DNA of 64,000 bases from a virus. Its lineage: Duplodnaviria > Caudoviricetes. A model generated the notes under the pieces. The model saw nothing but the letters and a program-made list of their open reading frames with translations. It did not search any database and was not told the DNA's origin. The stretch is from the IMG/VR virus record IMGVR_UViG_3300017763_003980; one strand, given 5' to 3'. The position numbers and the translations under genes are program-made. Below, in pieces: positions 57,455-64,000 of the stretch (position 1 is the first letter of the stretch; every line of letters begins with the position of its first letter).

Positions 57455-58153
57455 ATGTTAAACAAATTAGGATATGAAATATTAAGTAATGCATTCGATC
57501 CAACTGCATTACTTTCTGCGAGTAATGATGTGCTAGAAAAAAGAACTCAATCGTTTATATACGAAAATGATGGAAGTATAAGAAGTGTATTCGCACCACA
57601 TTGGTATAACAAGGATGTGAAAGATTTTGTATACGATAATCCAGCAATAGCTAATGTAAAAGAAGTATTAGTTGATGATATTTATGTACATCAAGTACAC
57701 TTTAATTATAAGCTAGCAGGGGTCGGTGGCGAGTATGCATGGCACAGTGATTATACATATTGGCATCATTATGACGGTATGCCAAATCCAGATGCTATTA
57801 GTGTATTGTATCTTTTAGATGATATGACTAGTATAAATGGGCCACTAGAAGTATTAGAAGGTAGTCATCTGGATCCTGTTGAAGAACCACCAAAAGGCAA
57901 CTGGACTATAAAGCATAATAGCACAGAGATACCTAATAATACACCGTCTAAGAACGCATATAAGCGTCATACAGTAACAGGCAAAGCTGGGGATATCATA
58001 TTGATGCATGCAAATTTAAAGCATGCTAGCACGGCAAATAAGAGCCATAAAAATAGAAAAGTGCTATTTGTATGCTATAATACGGTAAAAAACGCCACGA
58101 CAGGCGCCGTAAGACCTGATTATATTACACTAAAAGATTTTACGCCTGTTTAA
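57455..58153 (+). CDS. PhyH/EctD-like Fe(II)/2OG hydroxylase
   Basis: NYK...YAWHSDYTYWHHYDGMP closely resembles the ectoine hydroxylase signature FxWHSDFETWHxEDGMP but with FET changed to YTY; NGPLEVLEGSH; GDIILMHANLKHAS; R-x-V. Confidence 0.8.
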   Translation: MLNKLGYEILSNAFDPTALLSASNDVLEKRTQSFIYENDGSIRSVFAPHWYNKDVKDFVYDNPAIANVKEVLVDDIYVHQVHFNYKLAGVGGEYAWHSDYTYWHHYDGMPNPDAISVLYLLDDMTSINGPLEVLEGSHLDPVEEPPKGNWTIKHNSTEIPNNTPSKNAYKRHTVTGKAGDIILMHANLKHASTANKSHKNRKVLFVCYNTVKNATTGAVRPDYITLKDFTPV

Positions 58154-59285
58154 CTACGTTGATGTGTGCTAGTACGTTTTTCCACTTTAACTCGGCATCT
58201 AAGAGCCTTTTATCTGTAGTTATAGCGTAACCATTTAATCCGACTAGCATATCCAAACGTCTAAGATATTGTTGTGAATTAGGCATGGATAGTTCATTAT
58301 ATTCAGCACCTTCCTTCATGCTTATATTGTATTTTCCTTTTTCAAGATTGAAGTGTCTGAATACTACAGCTTTGTCTAGTTGTACTCTAAGGTCTGATTT
58401 GCATGTAATACTATCCATTACAATTCTATTGTAATCACAGTCTGCTGAATATTTTATTATAGTTTGTCCACTAGTGCTTAACCTTGGACTAAAATCTACT
58501 AGATAAGGTACTTCATCTCTAACAACAAAGTCAGCCATAAAAGGACCATTATCGTATCCTATGCTTTCGCACATTATTCTGCAATATTCTTTTATATCTG
58601 ATTGTACTGGTGTGCTAGATTTACTAGGCCATGTGAATCCTGTTTCTGCTCTATATGGAAGATCACTTATTTCAATATCATATATACAGTCTAAAATAAA
58701 TTTCCCATTTACTATTCTGCCCGATACACTTACTGTTGGTCCTTCTATATATTCTTGGAATATATAACCTGCATCTAAATCATTATAGTGTATGTCATCT
58801 AAAAAATAACGGTATTGACTCCAATTTTCAAGAACCTTTATACCGATGCCGCCTGTACCGTTTGCAGGTTTTGCTACTACAGGGAATGTTTTACGTAAAG
58901 ATGTGTGAGTCATTGGTACTGGTATACCAATATTGTAAGCATGTGCAGTATAATTTTCTTTGTTTGATAGTATATTACATTGTTCTTTTGTGATACCGAC
59001 TAGGTCGTGTATGTAAGGAAGCAACATGTCGTTATATAAGGGAAATATATAATCTATATTATTTTCATTTATAATTTTACGTAACTGATTAGCAAGGTCT
59101 GATCTATCTTTAGCTTTAATAGCATAGTGTTCTATACCGTCAGGAACACTAGGTATCATTTTATCTAGCAATGGAAATTGAGAGTTAGTATTTGCTTGCC
59201 AAGTACATAGTTTGTAATTTGTTAGTTCTTGTAGGGTATACCTTAAATTATTGCTTTGGTAATTTATAATTACTTTAGGCTCCAT
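58140..59285 (-). CDS. ATP-grasp ligase (L-amino-acid-ligase-like)
   Basis: FPVVAKPANGTGGIGI; FQEYIEG; GPFMADF...YLVDFSPRLS. Confidence 0.85.
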   Translation of the reverse strand: MEPKVIINYQSNNLRYTLQELTNYKLCTWQANTNSQFPLLDKMIPSVPDGIEHYAIKAKDRSDLANQLRKIINENNIDYIFPLYNDMLLPYIHDLVGITKEQCNILSNKENYTAHAYNIGIPVPMTHTSLRKTFPVVAKPANGTGGIGIKVLENWSQYRYFLDDIHYNDLDAGYIFQEYIEGPTVSVSGRIVNGKFILDCIYDIEISDLPYRAETGFTWPSKSSTPVQSDIKEYCRIMCESIGYDNGPFMADFVVRDEVPYLVDFSPRLSTSGQTIIKYSADCDYNRIVMDSITCKSDLRVQLDKAVVFRHFNLEKGKYNISMKEGAEYNELSMPNSQQYLRRLDMLVGLNGYAITTDKRLLDAELKWKNVLAHINVVKQA

Positions 59286-59895
59286 AAGTAATTTTATCCC
59301 TCATAATAGTATTGGTATACTTTATTTTCATAGTAATAAATCTTATAGTAGAATCATATGGTAAGGGTTTGTTGCCTAAGCAATAGTCATACAACTTATT
59401 ACCAGTTAAATGGCCAGCTTTGACAAAAGCAGCATCTGTAACATTATATTTTTCTTCATATATTGAAGCATACTTCTTACCATACTTTGAAACATCTAAG
59501 CCTTGTACATTATGTGTATTTCTTTCTTTGTTTGCTCTTTCAATGTCTTCACTGCGTACCCAAAAAAATCCCCATTTGCCTCGAGACTCACATTCATTTA
59601 ATTGGAATTGCATTACTTTCAAAATGTTTCTAAAATTAGCAAAATGGCTTTGGTCTTTTCTTGCCAGTAATGTATCACATAACACCCACGGCATATTTGG
59701 TAAATCTTCGCCTGCAACAATTGCTTGTATTTCTTTATTTTTTAATACAGCATAAATGTGTCTATTAGGTTCTATAAATTTTATATTTTGCCAATGAAAA
59801 TCGTTCTGTAAATTATGTGATTTAATTTGGTCGTTTATAAAATTAAAGAATAAATCTTTATGATCAGGCGTTAATTTGATACATTCATCAATCAT
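59275..59895 (-). CDS. Hypothetical protein, possibly GNAT-like
   Basis: IYAVLKNKEIQAIVAG...WVLCDTLLAR resembles the GNAT beta3-beta4 region; overlaps both neighbours. Confidence 0.4.
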   Translation of the reverse strand: MIDECIKLTPDHKDLFFNFINDQIKSHNLQNDFHWQNIKFIEPNRHIYAVLKNKEIQAIVAGEDLPNMPWVLCDTLLARKDQSHFANFRNILKVMQFQLNECESRGKWGFFWVRSEDIERANKERNTHNVQGLDVSKYGKKYASIYEEKYNVTDAAFVKAGHLTGNKLYDYCLGNKPLPYDSTIRFITMKIKYTNTIMRDKITYGA

Positions 59896-60232
59896 AGTTT
59901 ATAGTCTTTTCAATAGTATTGTACTTATTTGTGTATATTACTGTAGCTCCATCAAATTGAAAAGAAGTAGTATAACTAAGGACTACACATGGATCTCCTA
60001 TTTCGCCTAATCTTGCACCACCGCCGTTTAGTTCAAACACACCTTTGTTTCCTGGAATTACATATGTAGTCCAACGGTCACCGGTATTCATATTTACAAT
60101 ATCAACTTTTTGATACGGATCAAGATCAACTTTAGACATTAAATCACGACAGATAGTTACACTACCATCGTAGTCTAACGATTTATCAGTAACATGAATA
60201 TTTTGAATTTTAGATTGGATATACTCTCTCAT
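59888..60232 (-). CDS. panD: Aspartate 1-decarboxylase (pyruvoyl-dependent)
   Basis: SKI (Lys8), YDGSVT self-cleavage site Gly23-Ser24, DRWTTYVI (Arg53, Tyr57), LNGGGAR; 114 aa. Confidence 0.9.
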   Translation of the reverse strand: MREYIQSKIQNIHVTDKSLDYDGSVTICRDLMSKVDLDPYQKVDIVNMNTGDRWTTYVIPGNKGVFELNGGGARLGEIGDPCVVLSYTTSFQFDGATVIYTNKYNTIEKTINYD

Positions 60233-60238
60233 AGTACT

Positions 60239-60267
60239 ATTGTACTATAAAAAATTTGTGTTGTCAA
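60239..60267 (-). promoter_or_regulatory. Near-consensus sigma70 promoter giving a leaderless panD mRNA
   Basis: The minus strand reads TTGACA-N17-TACAAT-AGTACT-ATG. Confidence 0.8.
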
Positions 60268-60271
60268 CCTA

Positions 60272-61801
60272 TTAGTTTAAGTCTACCCAAGCTGAGCCAG
60301 TATAGCCTTGGAATTTAGTGCCAGTACTATTAAAGATTATCATACCTGCAGCTGGTGTTGTTACAGCCGCTGACCTTGCAGTATCGTCAGCAACTACTTT
60401 AAGCTGGATTGCTCCACTAAATGATGCTACAGAATCTGTTTGTGCAATTTGTAGCACTACAGTTTGATCGCCATTTGCTGCTGAATTGTATAATTCAATA
60501 TTTGTTGGTATTCTGTTTGCCTCTGGAGCTGCCGAAGCAAGGAATCTAATACCTCCTGAGGCCCTATAAGCTGTACCGTTATATCCAGCTGCTGCATATG
60601 CTCCGAGTTGATCACCCGATTGTACTGCTGTTGGTGCAGCCTTTGTACCTCTAGATCTTAATGCACCATATGTACTTCCGTAGCCTGCATCAGAAGCATG
60701 AAATGTTCTTATTGTTGTTGTACCTTGTGTGACAGCGTCATTATAAACACCAAGTGTTCTGTTGTTGCCTGTGTCTGTAACACCGCCAACTTGTGAACTT
60801 CTGCCTAATACTATCGATCCAGCAGTATTTTCAGTAGTGATTGTAAAAACATTACTTTCAGTATTTTGCTCTAAGAACATTGTATTCTTACTAGTAGCTG
60901 AAGTTAGTTTAATATTGCCAGCTAGTACGCCTAATTGTGTACTAACTTGTCCAGTAATCTTATTGTTAATACCATCTACAAGTAATGAACTATCTTCACC
61001 AAACACACTACCGCTCATAGTACCAAGTAATTGACCATTTACAGTACCGTTAAATACTGCATTAAAACTATCTAATATCTTAGACGAGTCATCAGTTGAG
61101 CTGAATATATCACCTTGTATATCACCTAACCATTGGCCTGTAGCTTTATCAAATACCTTCCTTAAACCAAGATCAAAAATGTCACCTTGGAAATTACCAA
61201 TAATATCACCGGTAAACAATTTAGTAGTTGGATTATATGCTGTTGTTCCATCACCGGCTTCGATGGTCATATTTTTAACAGTGCTAGTACTTGTATCAAC
61301 TAGCTGGGTGCCATCAAGTTTGTATAAATCTCCGCCATATACATCGCCCATAAGTCTATTATTATCATGATCAACTAATAAACTACTATTGTTTCCTACA
61401 ATACTTAATCTAATCTGTGAGTCTTTTAATTGTTCAACTTTAAAGTTACTTCCATCATGTATCAGGATCTGACCCCAACCCGGGCCACCATCTGGATATA
61501 TTACATCGTCATGATTATTTAAATTGCCTAGTGTTGCACCTGCAGGGTTTACTGCTGTCCAATAGTTGTCGCTTGAAGACCATGCTAAAACTTGCCCATC
61601 ACTAATGCTACCCAGTGTAACATCATTTAAATCATTTAGTGATGATGCGCCACCGCCGCTTCCTTGTACTACAACACCGCCAGCAGTTGTACCATCACCA
61701 ACATATAACGACTTTGTATCAGTTGTGTAGATAAGTTCGCCCGCTGCTGGTGTAATAAGCTGACGCTCAGCGTTGGTACCTCGTCTTAGCCTTAATGCCA
61801 T
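60272..61801 (-). CDS. Fibre-like virion protein with an Mtd_N/hyaluronidase-type N-terminal domain
   Basis: MALRLRRGT..ER..ITPAAGELIYTTDTKSLYVGDG; LNDLNDV...DGQVLAW spacer; repeated SSLLVD..NN units; C-terminal AGMIIFNSTGTKFQGY. Confidence 0.7.
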   Translation of the reverse strand: MALRLRRGTNAERQLITPAAGELIYTTDTKSLYVGDGTTAGGVVVQGSGGGASSLNDLNDVTLGSISDGQVLAWSSSDNYWTAVNPAGATLGNLNNHDDVIYPDGGPGWGQILIHDGSNFKVEQLKDSQIRLSIVGNNSSLLVDHDNNRLMGDVYGGDLYKLDGTQLVDTSTSTVKNMTIEAGDGTTAYNPTTKLFTGDIIGNFQGDIFDLGLRKVFDKATGQWLGDIQGDIFSSTDDSSKILDSFNAVFNGTVNGQLLGTMSGSVFGEDSSLLVDGINNKITGQVSTQLGVLAGNIKLTSATSKNTMFLEQNTESNVFTITTENTAGSIVLGRSSQVGGVTDTGNNRTLGVYNDAVTQGTTTIRTFHASDAGYGSTYGALRSRGTKAAPTAVQSGDQLGAYAAAGYNGTAYRASGGIRFLASAAPEANRIPTNIELYNSAANGDQTVVLQIAQTDSVASFSGAIQLKVVADDTARSAAVTTPAAGMIIFNSTGTKFQGYTGSAWVDLN

Positions 61802-61833
61802 GTTTATAACTCCTGAAACTTATTTCTTATTAG

Positions 61834-61841
61834 TATTTATA
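61834..61841 (-). promoter_or_regulatory. Exact T4 late promoter TATAAATA
   Basis: The minus strand reads TATAAATA, then AGGAG, then ATG61801. Confidence 0.75.
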
Positions 61842-61866
61842 CCTTTTTAAAGATAAACTATATTAA

Positions 61867-62181
61867 CTAAGATCTCTTCATAAAGGTTTTTGTATGAGAT
61901 TTTACATCATTTACAAGTGAGGGAGTATCTAACTTAAATTCTACTGTTTTAATTACATCATTAAATTCATTAAAAAACAAGTTTAGTGTTTCTTCTAAAT
62001 CAATTTCAGCAGATTCTTTCTTTTTCTTATCTTCGTCTAAATCTATTTGCCATTCTTTGCCGTCTTTAAAGACTACTTGTACTTTGGATATGTATTTGAT
62101 GGGTACTGCTTTGATTTCGATATGCTCAAAAACTTCAGGCCAGTAGTCGACAACTTCTGTAGGGAGTTTATTTTTAGACAC
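61867..62181 (-). CDS. Hypothetical protein
   Basis: 104-aa ORF with a GTG start overlapping the upstream stop; co-oriented in the operon. Confidence 0.7.
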   Translation of the reverse strand: MSKNKLPTEVVDYWPEVFEHIEIKAVPIKYISKVQVVFKDGKEWQIDLDEDKKKKESAEIDLEETLNLFFNEFNDVIKTVEFKLDTPSLVNDVKSHTKTFMKRS

Positions 62182-62788
62182 TCTCTACGGTCTTTTTAGC
62201 AGTCTTCTTCTTTGTAGGAACTAGCTCTTCTGCCTGTTCTCTTAGAGCCTTTGCTTCTTTAAAAAGAGCATCTGCTTGTGACCTATATTGAGCTGCTAAA
62301 TCAGCATCACTTAAAACACCATCATTGCTTGCACCTGCTGCAACCTGTTCAGCACTCAAACTTGGATCTGTAGTTTCTGTAACAACTTCTGGTCTGTTTC
62401 CAGCTTCGTCAGCTAATGCTAAATCAGCAACAGTAACACCTTTTTGTTCTGCAATAACTTCGTTAAGTTCAGCAAGGCTTATTGATGTATTATTGTTAGG
62501 AGTCATTTCCACATCAGCTGATGCAACTTTCATCATTTTGCCTGTTGCATGGAATCGTGCTAGCATATTAGAACCGTCTGGTAGTTGTGTTCTTGCCATT
62601 ACAGTTGCAAATTCATCTGCTTCTTGTCCTGCTGATCCTTCAACAGTTTTAATAAGTGTGTCATGCTCTTCTGCCATTAAACTACTAGTGTCAACAATAA
62701 CACTTTGATCAGGCTCTCCTGGTACTACCCTATAAGCTACAACAACTCCTCTTTGATTTTTGGCCATTCGACCTACATGTTTTAACAT
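62174..62788 (-). CDS. Hypothetical protein with a C-terminal coiled coil
   Basis: SD AGGAG; 204 aa; YRSQADALFKEAKALREQAEEL. Confidence 0.75.
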   Translation of the reverse strand: MLKHVGRMAKNQRGVVVAYRVVPGEPDQSVIVDTSSLMAEEHDTLIKTVEGSAGQEADEFATVMARTQLPDGSNMLARFHATGKMMKVASADVEMTPNNNTSISLAELNEVIAEQKGVTVADLALADEAGNRPEVVTETTDPSLSAEQVAAGASNDGVLSDADLAAQYRSQADALFKEAKALREQAEELVPTKKKTAKKTVESV

Positions 62789-62789
62789 A

Positions 62790-63065
62790 TTATGCTCCTT
62801 GTGGCTGTTCCTGTTGATTCTGGGAGACAGCTTCTAAAAATGCTTCTAATTTATTATAAGTTTGACCAACTGTCATCATTTCGTTAGGCTTAAATGCTCC
62901 GCGTTGACTAGCAACGTCGATTATGCTTCTTAATGCCTGAAGATCTTGTACAGTTAGATCAGGACCTGCTGGTGCTTGTTGCTGAGGTGCTTCTACAGGT
63001 TCTCCTGATAGTGCTGCCGCAACATCTGCAGAATCAACTGCGTCATTTACTTCATTCTCGCTCAT
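62790..63065 (-). CDS. Hypothetical protein
   Basis: SD AGGAG; 91 aa; LTVQDLQALRSIIDVASQRGAFK. Confidence 0.75.
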   Translation of the reverse strand: MSENEVNDAVDSADVAAALSGEPVEAPQQQAPAGPDLTVQDLQALRSIIDVASQRGAFKPNEMMTVGQTYNKLEAFLEAVSQNQQEQPQGA

Positions 63066-63103
63066 AATTTCTTTCTCCTATATAATTAATTATGCGTAAA
63101 TTT

Positions 63104-63385
63104 TTAGGTATACTTTAAATGTGGACAAGCCAACATAAAGTAACTCATTTCTTTGGTTTCTTCGAAGCCAATAGTAATTACCTGATTAACTTTGTTGTCG
63201 TTATCTAAAGTGACTTTCCTACCAATATAATAACGGTTACGAAGATTAGAGTCAATCCAATTAGATAAACTTTCTTCTATATTATAAGATGATGGTAGAT
63301 TTACGTATTCAAAATAAGGAATAGGTGTTTTAACCTTCCTTATTCCAAATACATCATATGGATTTGGTTTTTTATTTTTTATCAT
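63104..63385 (-). CDS. Hypothetical protein
   Basis: 93 aa; ATGA overlap with the upstream gene. Confidence 0.7.
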   Translation of the reverse strand: MIKNKKPNPYDVFGIRKVKTPIPYFEYVNLPSSYNIEESLSNWIDSNLRNRYYIGRKVTLDNDNKVNQVITIGFEETKEMSYFMLACPHLKYT

Positions 63386-64000
63386 GCAGCTTCGTCATAG
63401 TGTGCAGTAACACCAAATGGTGCCTGCAAGTTTTTATCTCTATTACTGTGTATAACAAATACTGTATCACAGTAATCCTCATCGCCCCATGAGTCCCATG
63501 CATATCCATCTGTAAACATAAGGAACTTTTTAGGTTGAATGTCATTTTCTTTCATATAAGTCCAGTTAACCATAAAGTCAGTGCCGCCTCCACCTTTTAC
63601 TTCATAGTCTTCTAGACTATCTCCGCCATCTGCACTAAAGTCAGCTTCGTTATAAACTTCTGTATCGAAGCACCACAATTTAATATTGTAGTCTCTGTAT
63701 TCGTCCATAATGCCTTTTACTTCGCTTAAGAAGTCTTTGGCTTGCACATCACCAATTGAACCTGACATATCAATACAAATACATAGATCAATTGTTTCTT
63801 GAAAGTTCATTCCTGGAAGTATAGCACCAGTGTGCCAACCTTTTCTGCCTGGACGACTAAAAGTGTAATCATCACGTATAGTAGACTGTATCTGCTGACG
63901 TAGTATTTCACGCCAGTTCATTTTAGGCTCTGTAAGTTCTTTAATCATACGTTCAACACCTGCAGGAACATTACCAGCACCTGCACTCTGTGCCGCGGAA
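63382..64000 (-). CDS. VWA-like domain protein (DUF2201/metallopeptidase-VWA type), 5' end beyond the window
   Basis: MIDAS-like IDMSGS, FDTEV, GGGGTDF, FTDG. The frame is open to the window end (SAAQSAGAGNVPAGVER-MIKEL). Confidence 0.85.
   Translation of the reverse strand, partial: SAAQSAGAGNVPAGVERMIKELTEPKMNWREILRQQIQSTIRDDYTFSRPGRKGWHTGAILPGMNFQETIDLCICIDMSGSIGDVQAKDFLSEVKGIMDEYRDYNIKLWCFDTEVYNEADFSADGGDSLEDYEVKGGGGTDFMVNWTYMKENDIQPKKFLMFTDGYAWDSWGDEDYCDTVFVIHSNRDKNLQAPFGVTAHYDEAA

Noticed and set aside
57455-58153. Calling this gene ectD
   Set aside because: The signature deviates (YTY for FET) and no ectABC genes are present; the substrate is uncertain.
55444-58153. Longer ORF-track starts at 56214, 56077 and 57269
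   Set aside because: These N-terminal extensions overlap divergent genes; downstream ATGs (56118, 56143, 57455) give non-overlapping genes, and two of them sit 5 nt from late-promoter motifs.
1-64000. Stop-codon reassignment (TAG/TGA recoding) as seen in some large phages
   Set aside because: Standard code 11 gives contiguous, overlapping full-length ORFs (up to 5173 aa), and TAG and TGA both act as real stops.
1-64000. tRNA, rRNA or structured ncRNA genes
   Set aside because: Intergenic gaps are almost all under 100 nt, and no cloverleaf or known RNA motif was recognised by eye; a tRNAscan/Infernal run would be needed to exclude them formally.

Overview
This AT-rich, very densely coded window comes from a large T4-like (myovirus-type) tailed bacteriophage; it is not a bacterial chromosome or an eCIS. 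It has four blocks. (1) 1-32047 (+) is a baseplate/tail module: a gp5-like hub/spike with a C-terminal VgrG3-like muramidase domain, gp25, gp6 with a Ser-rich tail, a 5173-aa multidomain baseplate protein, and five fibre-type paralogues. (2) 32145-49393 (+) is a tightly overlapping glycan synthesis and tailoring operon. It has at least 8 glycosyltransferase-like genes in three paralogue families, UDP-glucose dehydrogenase, a miniature DegT aminotransferase, a hexapeptide acetyltransferase, an SGNH protein, a SAM methyltransferase and three radical SAM enzymes with N-terminal Cys-rich auxiliary domains. (3) 49383-60232 is a mixed-strand chemistry island: six Fe(II)/2OG dioxygenases (one EctD-like), GNAT-like and kinase-like genes, a fatty-acid desaturase, a B12 radical SAM, a PP-loop ATPase, a 137-aa late protein and a panD - GNAT-like - ATP-grasp operon. 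(4) 60272-64000 (-) holds an orphan fibre-like gene, conserved hypotheticals and a truncated VWA-like gene. T4-type late promoters (xATAAATA) and two sigma70 promoters are visible, several placed to give leaderless mRNAs. No CRISPR array, tRNA, rRNA, transposase, reverse transcriptase or intein was recognised. All functional calls come from motif recognition by eye, with no database searches. The best candidate for an undescribed system is a phage-encoded glycan plus beta-alanyl/hydroxylation tailoring pathway whose target (virion, host surface or small molecule) is unknown.
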